Shown here: piece by piece, positions 48,314 to 57,552 of the stretch
Layout of the letters: the number at the start of each line of letters is the position of its first letter
Position numbering within the stretch: position 1 is the stretch's first letter
Virus record (IMG/VR): IMGVR_UViG_3300045988_183505
Location: 32,001 to 96,000 of that record
DNA from: a virus
Length of the DNA stretch: 64,000 nucleotides
Strand: one strand, 5' to 3'
The notes under the pieces: generated by a model
Databases searched by the model: none
What the model was told of the DNA's origin: nothing
The model's input: the letters and a program-made list of their open reading frames with translations, nothing else
Translations under genes and position numbers: made by a program

Positions 48314-49561
48314 TTACAGAATATTACGGTTTACTGCTGTGCTGACATCGCAACCGCACAGGACGAACCGATTTTCTGCTCTGTCTGTAATCTGCTTTGG
48401 TTCGCCATTTTCTGTCACGGTACGAACCAGCTGATTCTGTCCATAGTTCACAGCGTGACGGTCAATAGATTCGTCCAAGATGTTTCTGGCTGTTCTACCA
48501 TTGCCAAAAGAAGATAGCTTTCGCTCTTTATCACACCGGATTTCAAAATTGTCCAATGCTTCCTGCGATACCATATATCCCTCGCTATGTGCCATTGCAG
48601 AAAAAATATCCTTCATTTCAGGAGTAGAGTAGTCAGGAAAGTTCAGATATTCTTTGATACGGCTCTTGAATCCTTCATTAGAATCCAACAACCGTTTCAT
48701 ATCATTTTTATATCCTGCCAGTATCACAATCAATCTATCACGATTGTCTTCCATTTCTTTGATAAGTGTAGCCACAACTTCTTTTCCGTAGCCGCCGCTT
48801 CCGTCAACAATCGTATAAGCTTCATCAATGAACAACACTCCACCATATGCTTTTTGAACAATCAATCGTGTTTTTGTTGCACTATCTTCTCCAGCCTTTA
48901 AGAAATTGCCATCAATTTCGATGCACTTATTTTCTTTGATATACCCATATTTGTATAGAAATCCAGTAATAATTCTGGCTACTGTAGTCTTACCTACGCC
49001 TGCACTGCCGTAGAATACCATGTGTCTTCCACTCATAGCACTGCCGGACATATTTCCACGCTTCCGCTTCTTCTTTTTCTCTTTTGCAGAATCTTGTTCA
49101 AATTGCATTCTGGCAACCATTTCGCTGGTCTTTTCTTTGACCGCATGAATGCCTATCAGACCAGCAAGGTCTTTGTCCGGATTATCGCTTCCCTTTTTTG
49201 TGATTTTCTTCAAAACACTTGACGACAGCAGACTTTCCATTTGTGCCACTTTCTGTAAGTCCATCGCCTCACGTTCCTGCCGTGTCAGATTTTCAAACTT
49301 CTTTTTTTTCGACATACCAAATTCGTCATATTCGTTTTCCTGTACCGCCTCATGCAATTTGTGATTCAAAAAATTCCGAAGAATCAGCCATTGACCTATT
49401 GCGATAACACACGCAATGGCAGCGATGGTGCGATACTGCTTTAAGCTCTCCTGCAAATAAGTGTACAGTAAAAATCCTGCTCCAGCAAAAGGCAGAGCAA
49501 TGCTTACTGTATTCAGAAGAATCATCAGCGGATAGCTTGTTTTCTTTTCTTTCTTACTCAT
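48314..49561 (-). CDS. membrane-anchored AAA+ ATPase of the SpoVK/CbbX type
   Basis: Two N-terminal TM helices. Walker A is GSAGVGKTT and Walker B is VLFIDEAY. VILAGYKNDM...GFKSRI...F.DY is typical of SpoVK/CbbX. Confidence 0.9.
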   Translation of the reverse strand: MSKKEKKTSYPLMILLNTVSIALPFAGAGFLLYTYLQESLKQYRTIAAIACVIAIGQWLILRNFLNHKLHEAVQENEYDEFGMSKKKKFENLTRQEREAMDLQKVAQMESLLSSSVLKKITKKGSDNPDKDLAGLIGIHAVKEKTSEMVARMQFEQDSAKEKKKKRKRGNMSGSAMSGRHMVFYGSAGVGKTTVARIITGFLYKYGYIKENKCIEIDGNFLKAGEDSATKTRLIVQKAYGGVLFIDEAYTIVDGSGGYGKEVVATLIKEMEDNRDRLIVILAGYKNDMKRLLDSNEGFKSRIKEYLNFPDYSTPEMKDIFSAMAHSEGYMVSQEALDNFEIRCDKERKLSSFGNGRTARNILDESIDRHAVNYGQNQLVRTVTENGEPKQITDRAENRFVLCGCDVSTAVNRNIL

Positions 49562-49626
49562 GAATCTTTCTCCCTTTTATGCAACAAATAGGAGTATCAC
49601 GTTTTGACACTCCTATTTGTTTCTGC

Positions 49627-50376
49627 TTATTTTTTCTTGTTTCTTTTACTTTTTGCACGTTTCTGAACGTCTTCCAATTCTCCGATGTATTGCCAATAAT
49701 TCCGGCATTTATCAATACCTTGTTCCATTTCTACCTGCTTGAAATGCCCTTTTATCGTATTGCAAAGCTGTGCAAAATACCGGTCAAGATGAGGCGGCGA
49801 TTGCATATCAGAACGGCAAAGAAAAATTGCATCGAAGGTTCTTCCACCAGTATAGATTTCTTCCAGCTGTTTCAGATTTGGCATCACAACTTTGGATAAG
49901 GAATCCTGCATTTTTTCTTCCGTATCGAATCCATGAAGTTCCAGCGATACCGGATTTGCTACCCAGTGAAAATTCATTCTGTATTCTGAAAAGACACGCA
50001 TCACCCAATTTCTACAATTTAATACCGTCTTGCCGTCCAACAGGTCATGGTACATATCAAGGTTATATAAATTGATATGATGATTTGTCGGAATATGAGC
50101 ATGGATAAAGTTATAGACGTGTACCTGACTATTTGCAATCAAAACAGGGCAGTCTTTGGGCTGTGCCTGTAAGATTCTTTCCAGTCGCATAAATTCTTCT
50201 CCCATTATGCTCACAGAACGTGTCAGAACGCCTTGTACAGCGTCCAAGTAATGACACGCCCATAATAATGTCGATAAGTATGTTTCTTTGTCTATGTCCT
50301 CTGGATAGCTTCTGAGGGCTTCTATTGTTGCCTTCTGGAAATAGGTGAAGTCAATGGATAAAACATTCTTACTCAT
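49627..50376 (-). CDS. His/Asp-motif protein, paralogue of 45157..45891
   Basis: See 45157..45891. The two are collinear with shared motif blocks over the full length. Confidence 0.65.
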   Translation of the reverse strand: MSKNVLSIDFTYFQKATIEALRSYPEDIDKETYLSTLLWACHYLDAVQGVLTRSVSIMGEEFMRLERILQAQPKDCPVLIANSQVHVYNFIHAHIPTNHHINLYNLDMYHDLLDGKTVLNCRNWVMRVFSEYRMNFHWVANPVSLELHGFDTEEKMQDSLSKVVMPNLKQLEEIYTGGRTFDAIFLCRSDMQSPPHLDRYFAQLCNTIKGHFKQVEMEQGIDKCRNYWQYIGELEDVQKRAKSKRNKKK

Positions 50377-50389
50377 GCTTTGTGTCCTT

Positions 50390-51139
50390 TCAGTTCAGAA
50401 TCAATGCCACGGTATCTGTTACATTGTCTTCATTATACACGATAAACAGAGTGTATGTCCCATTAGAATATGCAATTGTCGAATTATCCATTGCAGAACC
50501 TTCTCCAAGTTCTGCTTCCACAGTGCTTTTCGTGGTACTTCCAGCCGTGATAAATCCGCAATACACAACCGGTAAGCTGTTCTTATCACTGGCAATACCA
50601 TGAATCATATAGTTCTCCGCACCACCATCATTATACTTGCTTACCAGTTTTCCGTCTGCATCTGTCAGTTCCAGATACACCCTTGCACTGTCTTTGGAAA
50701 TTTTTTCGTCTGTAGAAAATGCTTCCCCGAAAAAGTAAAGGTATTCTTTATCAACACAAAGCTTTCCGCTCTTTGCATGATTCAGCCCATTGGATTCCAA
50801 AAAATCTGCGGTATCTTCTCCAGCAATCAGATATTCGTCTCCCAGAAAAGAAACTGTAGATAAGTTTGCATCACCGGAAACGTTGCTCGGTACTTCCTGC
50901 ATGAAAATATCTTTGCTCGGTTTTTCTTCTGCAACACTTTCTTCTGTCTGCTTTTCTGAATCTTCCTGAGCAGGTGCTTCTGTTGCTTCCTCTGGCTGTC
51001 CATTGTCACTCAGCTTCGATTCCTGAACATTGACCGCAAGAGAACTTTCTGTTATTGGGACTTCTTTCTTTGTACAGCCTGCAAATGATGCAATAGATAC
51101 TGCACAAAGCAGAAGTGCCATATACTTTTGTTTACGCAT
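50390..51139 (-). CDS. lipoprotein
   Basis: The start is refined to MRKQKYMALLLCAVSIASFAGC at 51139 (GGAGAG 7 nt upstream), giving a signal peptide plus lipobox. Confidence 0.75.
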   Translation of the reverse strand: MRKQKYMALLLCAVSIASFAGCTKKEVPITESSLAVNVQESKLSDNGQPEEATEAPAQEDSEKQTEESVAEEKPSKDIFMQEVPSNVSGDANLSTVSFLGDEYLIAGEDTADFLESNGLNHAKSGKLCVDKEYLYFFGEAFSTDEKISKDSARVYLELTDADGKLVSKYNDGGAENYMIHGIASDKNSLPVVYCGFITAGSTTKSTVEAELGEGSAMDNSTIAYSNGTYTLFIVYNEDNVTDTVALILN

Positions 51140-51221
51140 TGTCATCTCTCCTTTTATAAATTTATTGTATTTACAGCACGAATAAATATCTTCATTCGTG
51201 GAGCTGCCTTTAATGGATTTC

Positions 51222-51884
51222 TCATTCCGCTGTCTCCTCTGTACTCTCATCTACCGTACTCTGAATGCCTTGATACAACTGGAGTAGATACGGATATAAT
51301 GTTCCTGCCAGTTTCCAAGTGTTGTTGTAGCAAATGACATACATCACATTAGAATCCATGTCTTTTATTCCGTAGTCACAAGTAATTTCATACGCACCAA
51401 CAACCTTAAAATTATTTCCTGTTCCATCAATGAAATAATCTGAACCCAAGAAGTTGTTGAACATCTTCACTGCGTCTTCGCTATATGAAATATCAGAGTA
51501 TTCCATGCTGTCACTTTCATAATATGAAAAGGCAAGTCCGGCAGAATCGCTGTCGAACGTTTTTGAAAGTGCATCTGCCATTGTGCTGACATCTGCCAAT
51601 TTCTCATATTCCTGATAATAAAAAATATCCATGTCTGTATACGTCATGACATTCACGGAGTTTTTGTCGTGCATAGCCTGAACACCTTGCTGTGCAATTT
51701 CAAGAATGTAGTCTTCTGCTGCTTTCTGAAATGCCTCATCTGTACCGGCAGATTCGTTGACTGAATAATTGCCTATCACACCATTCCCACCAGAAATTGC
51801 ATTGACAACAGTGGCTAAAGAGCCTACCAGAATTACACCTGCCAGTGTTCCTGCTACCAGTCTTTGATTTTTTGAAAAACTCAC
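51222..51884 (-). CDS. secreted or membrane-anchored hypothetical protein
   Basis: 220 aa with an N-terminal hydrophobic anchor (LVAGTLAGVILVGSLATVVNA). Confidence 0.6.
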   Translation of the reverse strand: MSFSKNQRLVAGTLAGVILVGSLATVVNAISGGNGVIGNYSVNESAGTDEAFQKAAEDYILEIAQQGVQAMHDKNSVNVMTYTDMDIFYYQEYEKLADVSTMADALSKTFDSDSAGLAFSYYESDSMEYSDISYSEDAVKMFNNFLGSDYFIDGTGNNFKVVGAYEITCDYGIKDMDSNVMYVICYNNTWKLAGTLYPYLLQLYQGIQSTVDESTEETAE

Positions 51885-52918
51885 TCCACTTCTCCTCTCT
51901 TTCCTTCACATTTATGTATTACAACTGGCTCTTTACCATTTTTCATGCCGACAAAGCATTCGCTTATCCACTTTGCTCTGCGTACTTTATTCTCTCCGCT
52001 GCCATACCAGAAATGTGACCAGTGAGCTTTTCTACTGTGTGGTCTGACATTGTGTTTTGCTCGATGCACTCCGGACGATTCACATTCATTTTCACTTTTT
52101 TCCTTTTGCCACGTCCGATATGCAACTCCAAACCGAACACCAACGTCCCACTTTCTTATCTCAGAATATTTATTCTTTGGAGCTGCATTCGGTTGCGGCT
52201 TTCGATAAGTTTTTTGTGTTTCCTCATTCTCTTTAATGTCCGGCTCAACAGAAGATAAATAATTCAGAATCTGGAGAAGCAATTTTGCCAACTTTTGAAC
52301 ATGAGATTCCAGCTCTGTGGTCACTCCATTCAGCACAACTTTTTCGTACCGAACGTCAGGCAATTTACTTAATCCAATACTATCCGATTCGTTTCCAAAC
52401 TCATAAGCATCTCCAAAAAATCTTTCTTCATTCACTCGGTATGCTCTCAGCATTACTCTTTCTTTTCCGGCACTCATAAAGAACTGTGTCTTTACAAATA
52501 TTCCCTTGCATTGAAAGTCCCTGCACAGTTCGTTGCTCTCTGAAATATCTAAGTAAAAGCATTTATACGGCAGATACTTCCATGAATCTTTCTCATAAAA
52601 AATTTCATCTGTATTCAGTAATTCACGAATAAAATCATCGTCAACCTGAAAGACCTGCTTGTTGTTCCCCCACTCTGAAATCAGTGTCATTGCGTCCAGC
52701 AAATGATAAAGGTCATCGCCAGAATAATCCTGCAACAGCTCGCTGTTTCTGGCTTCCTTATTGAAAAAACTTAATGCCCGACCTTTGCCTTTTTCTTCGT
52801 TCATCAATGCTTCTTCAATCGCTTCTATGGTCACGTCATCTCTTAAATTACAAGAGAATAGTTCTGTCATTCTTCTGCTCCAAGCAAGCGGCAGATACGT
52901 CCCAGTTTTCTTTTTCAT
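51881..52918 (-). CDS. hypothetical protein
   Basis: 345 aa. It has a basic C-terminal block, HSRKAHWSHFWYGSGENKVRRAKW. No family assigned. Confidence 0.6.
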   Translation of the reverse strand: MKKKTGTYLPLAWSRRMTELFSCNLRDDVTIEAIEEALMNEEKGKGRALSFFNKEARNSELLQDYSGDDLYHLLDAMTLISEWGNNKQVFQVDDDFIRELLNTDEIFYEKDSWKYLPYKCFYLDISESNELCRDFQCKGIFVKTQFFMSAGKERVMLRAYRVNEERFFGDAYEFGNESDSIGLSKLPDVRYEKVVLNGVTTELESHVQKLAKLLLQILNYLSSVEPDIKENEETQKTYRKPQPNAAPKNKYSEIRKWDVGVRFGVAYRTWQKEKSENECESSGVHRAKHNVRPHSRKAHWSHFWYGSGENKVRRAKWISECFVGMKNGKEPVVIHKCEGKRGEVE

Positions 52919-52933
52919 CGTGCATCACCCATT

Positions 52934-53227
52934 TCATTTTACAGCCAGTTCTTTTTCTTCTGTGGCAATGTATGCTGTCGCATTTTCATTTACCCACTTC
53001 CGGAATGGCTCAATAGGAATGCAGTATTTCTTTCCTACTCGTAAGCACGGAAAGCCTTTCGTATTCAGAATTTTATACACGGTATTCCTTCCACAGGAAA
53101 AAATCCGCATCATGTCTTCCAACGTGTAGTAGTACCGTGTCTGCGACCCCTGAAAAGAACAATCCGTTTCGATTTTCTTTACGTCCTTTTCCAGTTCCTC
53201 AATGCTTTTGTGATTCATTTCTGCCAT
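52934..53227 (-). CDS. xis: excisionase-type helix-turn-helix (MerR-like) DNA-binding protein
   Basis: YYTLEDMMRIFSCGRNTVYKILNTKGFPCLRVGKKYCIPIEPFRKWV fits the Xis/HTH_17 pattern. GGAGAAAGGA RBS. Confidence 0.7.
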   Translation of the reverse strand: MAEMNHKSIEELEKDVKKIETDCSFQGSQTRYYYTLEDMMRIFSCGRNTVYKILNTKGFPCLRVGKKYCIPIEPFRKWVNENATAYIATEEKELAVK

Positions 53228-53246
53228 GTCACATTTCCTTTCTCCA

Positions 53247-54095
53247 TTAGTTTATCGTTAGCAGAATCACTCTCACCAGCAGCAACAAAATAATGTGTGC
53301 TGGATAAAAAAATCTGCAAACCCACTTTGAATAATTGCTTGTCAAAAATCTTTCAGCCAAACCGTCTTGTGTTTTATCTTTGCTTTCCCAAAACAGAAAG
53401 AACAAACCACTCATTGCTGCAAGTACACACCAGTTGTTTTCTATCAAAACAAACAGCATGATACTTACGCCGTACCAAAATACATAATGCTTTCTATTTC
53501 TGGAGAATGAGAAAAATGCTGCCAGTGCAACGCCCTTCCATGTATAATCTACCGAGAAGAAATACGCTAGCACACCTGCTGCTGCAAAGACTGTTACTCG
53601 CATACAAAAGGCAAGATACTTTCTTACCTTTTCATTGCGATAATACTTTTCAAGACTGTTGTGTTGGAGTTTTTTCGTTATTATTAGTGCAAAAAAAATC
53701 AGAACAAATGTAAAGCACACGTTCTGCATTGATAGTGCAATTGGCGAACCGGCAAACAATAGATTGAATGGCAGCTCGCTCACAACTGCAAGTAAAAATA
53801 ATCGAAGCAGATGCTTCCATCTATGCTTTGTAAAGTGTACGCACTCCACAATTTCAAAACAAAAAAGTGGAAATGCAATTCTTCCGATTGTTCGCATTGC
53901 AATATATGTTGTGGAATCCAATCCGCAATCGGAATGAAGCAAAAAAGCCAGATGGTCTATCAACATAGTTATCATTGCAATCCATTTAACTAAGTAATAT
54001 CGCTTCGTTGTAATACCAGAAAAACGCTCTGGCTCTGCCTGCACCGGACTACTCCAGTCACTTTGCCGTTTCACTGTTCTTACTTTACTACTCAT
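53247..54095 (-). CDS. traX: TraX-family membrane protein
   Basis: The KWIAMITMLIDHLAFLL signature is followed by multiple TM helices. GGAAAGAGG RBS. Confidence 0.8.
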   Translation of the reverse strand: MSSKVRTVKRQSDWSSPVQAEPERFSGITTKRYYLVKWIAMITMLIDHLAFLLHSDCGLDSTTYIAMRTIGRIAFPLFCFEIVECVHFTKHRWKHLLRLFLLAVVSELPFNLLFAGSPIALSMQNVCFTFVLIFFALIITKKLQHNSLEKYYRNEKVRKYLAFCMRVTVFAAAGVLAYFFSVDYTWKGVALAAFFSFSRNRKHYVFWYGVSIMLFVLIENNWCVLAAMSGLFFLFWESKDKTQDGLAERFLTSNYSKWVCRFFYPAHIILLLLVRVILLTIN

Positions 54096-54136
54096 ATTAG
54101 ACCTCTTTCCAAATAGCGTATATCCATTGTATATCT

Positions 54137-54165
54137 ATTATACACCGTTTATTTGAGTTTGTCAA
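54137..54165 (-). promoter_or_regulatory. consensus promoter P5 upstream of traX
   Basis: Minus strand: ACAACGATTGACA, 17-nt spacer, TATAAT. The upstream ACAACGATTGA block is shared with the repL promoter. Confidence 0.7.
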
Positions 54166-54268
54166 TCGTTGTATGGTATTATTTTTCGTTATTTCAGTGT
54201 ATTTTGTAACCCTGCACAAGAAACATCGAAATATTGAGTTCCTTTTGTACAGGGTATGGGCTGTTTCT

Positions 54269-55333
54269 TTATAAAAATTTATTTTGTAAAATGTATGCAG
54301 CTCTAATATTGGAAATTGCACGCTCTGTCTTATATCCGTATCTTTTGGCAAGTTCTTTCTCTGATACACCTTTTTCCAGTTCAGAAATTATCACTGCTTG
54401 GTGAATCGTTTTAGAGATGATACCTAGTGGCATACCGAGACGATTTGTAATAGCGGTCAGTGTTCCTTTAAGTGAATTTACTGTCGGAGAATTTCCGAGT
54501 TTATTAACAAATAGCAAGTTGGTATATCTTGTTATACCAATACTACTGTCCGTACACTCCTGAGCTGATGGCATTTCCAGTATTTTACTTTCTCTCATCT
54601 GTTCGAGCCACTGGCAACACTCCTCTGTCAGCGGAAATGGCTTATCGTCCACTACAATGATTTTCTTTTCAAGGTTGACATCATAGCTGTGAATCGTTTT
54701 CGCCTTTTGGAATCGTAATCCGGTGAATAGGCAGAATATAAGAACCAGTTCGTTTATTCCATACATAACACAGTTCTCTTGTATGCAATAATTTCTTAAC
54801 TGTACGAGTTCTTTTTCTGCCATAATATATCCACTGGCATAAGGAATAACATCTTCTTTTTGGGGACTTGCTATATCTGATATATCTACTACTTCAAGAC
54901 CTGATTCAGCTGCAAGTGCAAAAGTTTTTCTTAGTACATCAATAATATCTATTACGTCCTTAAAGCTGTACTTATGTGACAGCTTGACATAAAATTCTGC
55001 AATTTCTTCCCGTGTGATTGACTGCACATCTCTATTCAACGGAGTACGAGAAACTGCATTATCTACTATATTGATTAGTCTGTTAAGCCTTGTTGCGTGT
55101 ATCGTCCCAACAACACTCTTAAAATAAAACATGATATATTCTCTCAGATTTGTGTTGTTCGGTTTCTGATAAGATAAGCTGTGTTTTCGTTCCTGTTCGG
55201 CAGCTTCAATTTTCTTTTTCACTTCATCTATTGATTTTCCGTATACACGTTTTCTCTTACCGCTGCTATCCACAACAAGGTCGTACACAAAATATGTTCC
55301 ACTTCCTGTAGTTACTTTACGGATTTTTCTCAT
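54269..55333 (-). CDS. divergent tyrosine-recombinase-like protein (box II residues not conserved)
   Basis: It has an integrase-like N-terminal SAM-like region and FTGLRFQ (Arg I). However, the expected H-x-x-R reads IHQAV and LGH reads YGY. The CDS contains recombination site C (which encodes SSIGITRYTN). Confidence 0.7.
   Translation of the reverse strand: MRKIRKVTTGSGTYFVYDLVVDSSGKRKRVYGKSIDEVKKKIEAAEQERKHSLSYQKPNNTNLREYIMFYFKSVVGTIHATRLNRLINIVDNAVSRTPLNRDVQSITREEIAEFYVKLSHKYSFKDVIDIIDVLRKTFALAAESGLEVVDISDIASPQKEDVIPYASGYIMAEKELVQLRNYCIQENCVMYGINELVLIFCLFTGLRFQKAKTIHSYDVNLEKKIIVVDDKPFPLTEECCQWLEQMRESKILEMPSAQECTDSSIGITRYTNLLFVNKLGNSPTVNSLKGTLTAITNRLGMPLGIISKTIHQAVIISELEKGVSEKELAKRYGYKTERAISNIRAAYILQNKFL
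54519..54547. repeat. recombinase core-type site C (inside the divergent integrase gene)
   Basis: TTGGTATA-TCTTGT-TATACCAA-TACTACT. It is 29 of 29 identical to 23331-23359 and in the same orientation. Confidence 0.7.
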
Positions 55334-55366
55334 GCCATCACCTCATCTATGTTCTATGTCCTGATT

Positions 55367-55378
55367 CGTTGTCATGTA
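55367..55378 (-). promoter_or_regulatory. 12-mer TACATGACAACG, copy 3
   Basis: An exact minus-strand 12-mer that begins about 10 nt downstream of the -10 of the promoter at 55388-55416. Confidence 0.6.
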
Positions 55379-55387
55379 AGCTTTTTC

Positions 55388-55416
55388 ATTATATCGTATT
55401 TAATTCTATTTTGCAA
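55388..55416 (-). promoter_or_regulatory. promoter of the divergent integrase gene
   Basis: Minus strand: TTGCAA (55416-55411), 17-nt spacer, TATAAT (55393-55388). Confidence 0.65.
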
Positions 55417-55479
55417 AGTGAATCTGTGTAGTGTACTGATACAAAAAAGGAGCAGGCTTTTCTCTGCCTGCTCCATCAT

Positions 55480-55770
55480 TCAACGATTCATAATCCTGCG
55501 AATTTCATCAAGTTTTCTTTCACATTCTTTCATAGAAGCTCTTGCTTCCGGATAATCGGTTAGCCCCAGAAGATAATCACTGGACACATTCAGCTCTTGT
55601 GAAATCAGCACCAGAAGGCTTGCTGGAAATTCATGTTTTCCTGTCATGTACTTTCGTAAAGACACGCACGGCATTCCAAGCTTTTTTGAAAATTCCTGAA
55701 TTGAAATATCGCTTTTTTCTATCCTGTTTCCGATTCTGTCAATCGTCACCTTCGGGTTGTAAACCATCAT
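55480..55770 (-). CDS. XRE-family helix-turn-helix transcriptional regulator
   Basis: ISIQEFSKKLGMPCVSLRKYMTGKHEFPASLLVLISQELNVSSDYLLGLT is a classic Cro/C1-type HTH_3. Confidence 0.85.
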   Translation of the reverse strand: MMVYNPKVTIDRIGNRIEKSDISIQEFSKKLGMPCVSLRKYMTGKHEFPASLLVLISQELNVSSDYLLGLTDYPEARASMKECERKLDEIRRIMNR

Positions 55771-55930
55771 TCTTCTCCTGTTCTTTTTCTGCGTCCTCTG
55801 CCTTCTGCAAGCGATGCGGACAGCGTTTTTCGATGAAGTGCTGCTTTCCGATTTTCAGCCACCACACCAGTACAAGAAGTGTCAACGCAAATAAAATGCC
55901 ACATACGATTACAATGATTTTGTCTACCAT
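55739..55930 (-). CDS. small single-pass membrane protein
   Basis: 63 aa with an N-terminal hydrophobic helix. Confidence 0.45.
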   Translation of the reverse strand: MVDKIIVIVCGILFALTLLVLVWWLKIGKQHFIEKRCPHRLQKAEDAEKEQEKNDGLQPEGDD

Positions 55931-55943
55931 ATCTTTACGCTCC

Positions 55944-56189
55944 TTACCCTCTTTTCAAGGCTTTTTCCAGAATGATTTCCTGAACGATATGCTCAATCGC
56001 AAAATATCGCAGCGTGTCTTTCACACTCTTTTCTGCACTGCGGAATTGATATGCAACCAGTTCCTCTGTCGAGAATTTCTCTACCGCTTTGGTAACACTT
56101 TGATAGATACTTTCTTTCTCATCTCTTGCCTGAATTGCACTTTCAATCTGTTTCATTTCCTCATCAGAACAATCAATTATACTTGCCAT
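55944..56189 (-). CDS. hypothetical protein
   Basis: 81-aa ORF in the co-directional array. Confidence 0.5.
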   Translation of the reverse strand: MASIIDCSDEEMKQIESAIQARDEKESIYQSVTKAVEKFSTEELVAYQFRSAEKSVKDTLRYFAIEHIVQEIILEKALKRG

Positions 56190-56211
56190 TTTGCACCTGT
56201 CCTTTCTGGGA

Positions 56212-56391
56212 TTATTCCGCTCTGCTTACGGAAGTTGCAAGCTCTGGCATCTCCGTTTCCTGCACCGAATTTTCTTCTGTCACATGGCTTGTCTGTTCTT
56301 CTCTGTAATGGATAACCGCATCTCTTGTAACGCAAGTAATGGCTGTTACCACAAGCATTGCCACAACCAAGAGAATGCTCTTTTTATTCAT
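56212..56391 (-). CDS. small secreted protein or lipoprotein
   Basis: The start is refined to ATG 56391 (AAGGAG 7 nt upstream). MNKKSILLVVAMLVVTAITC gives a signal peptide with a lipobox-like AITC. Confidence 0.55.
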   Translation of the reverse strand: MNKKSILLVVAMLVVTAITCVTRDAVIHYREEQTSHVTEENSVQETEMPELATSVSRAE

Positions 56392-56962
56392 TTGCATTCT
56401 CCTTCTCTTTCTTTGCAGCACGATAGCTCAGACTGTTGTCTATCCGGTTAAATCCATACATCGAAAGCACATACATTACTCCGATATAGATACCTGCAAT
56501 TCCGCATACTGTCCACACCACCGTCCATGCAATTCGATTATTTTTGCCAAAAAAGACTGCGACCACAACTGCTGTAAGCACCATCAAAACAAGCAGTACA
56601 CTTCCTACCGCCAACAGCTGGATTGCCAGATTATTTTCCTTCATCTTTTCGCCCTCATGATACAACCGAAAATCTCCAGCCTGACAGCGAATGAGGTCAT
56701 CTGTTTCTTCCGAAGCCAGAATGAAAGAAACATACTTTGTGACAAATCGGCTGACATCATACTCTTTCAGATTTCTTGTACTTGTGTCTGCCTGAATATC
56801 ACAAATGCGAAATTTTGAACCAGCAGAATAGACACCCTTATCACCGCTTACAGTTATGGTGTTGTACACAACATCACCCACTTCATAGACCGCTTCTTTC
56901 TTCCACTGCTCATCGCTCACATATTTTGTCAGCATCTCTCGCCACTCCTTACTTCTTATCAC
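56384..56962 (-). CDS. membrane protein
   Basis: 192 aa. The C-terminal half has three hydrophobic helices. Confidence 0.6.
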   Translation of the reverse strand: MIRSKEWREMLTKYVSDEQWKKEAVYEVGDVVYNTITVSGDKGVYSAGSKFRICDIQADTSTRNLKEYDVSRFVTKYVSFILASEETDDLIRCQAGDFRLYHEGEKMKENNLAIQLLAVGSVLLVLMVLTAVVVAVFFGKNNRIAWTVVWTVCGIAGIYIGVMYVLSMYGFNRIDNSLSYRAAKKEKENANE

Positions 56963-57458
56963 ACAGCATCTTCAACATTGCTTCACTAAGAAGGTGATGC
57001 TGTTTCGCATACAAAAGGACTTTATCCGCAGGGAACAATTCTCCCATGCGTTTCAAAGTCATTCTTCTTGTGACAATGTATTCTACCTTGAATGCCCAAT
57101 ACAGCTCCTTGTGTTGCCGTTCTCGATACAAATATTCATACTTTTCTGAACTTCCAGCATAATGGTCAAACAGATAGATACGCCGTCCGCTTTCCTTGCT
57201 CTCTCTCAGGTCGCAGAAGCAGAGCAAGTTTTCTTCAAAGTCCGTGTGTTTTGTACCATGCAGGAACTTCCACAGGCTATCAAAAGTATCGCCGTCATAT
57301 ACGCCCTCGTCCAGATGGCTCTTTACGTCCGGATTGTCCATGTCCAAAAGAACATGAACCGGTTCAGCTGTCGTAAACCGCTTGCATCTCCCTTGTGTCA
57401 GGTTGTATCTGCCCTTGGCAATTTGAAAAGTGCATCTCTTGATATAAACTTCAAGCAT
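56949..57458 (-). CDS. hypothetical protein
   Basis: The start is refined to MLEVYIK at 57458 (GAGAGGA 6 nt upstream). Confidence 0.55.
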   Translation of the reverse strand: MLEVYIKRCTFQIAKGRYNLTQGRCKRFTTAEPVHVLLDMDNPDVKSHLDEGVYDGDTFDSLWKFLHGTKHTDFEENLLCFCDLRESKESGRRIYLFDHYAGSSEKYEYLYRERQHKELYWAFKVEYIVTRRMTLKRMGELFPADKVLLYAKQHHLLSEAMLKMLCDKK

Positions 57459-57552
57459 CTTTTTTCCTCTCAAAAAATTAGTTGGCACACCCGAAGCAAT
57501 CCTGCTCCGAGAACCATGCCCCACATTGTAAATGCTGTGTAGGTTACTGCAT

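Noticed and set aside
54097-54369. 90-aa minus-strand ORF overlapping the 3' end of the divergent integrase gene and promoter P5.
   Set aside because: It overlaps a better-supported CDS and a consensus promoter, has low-complexity and odd composition, and has no RBS.
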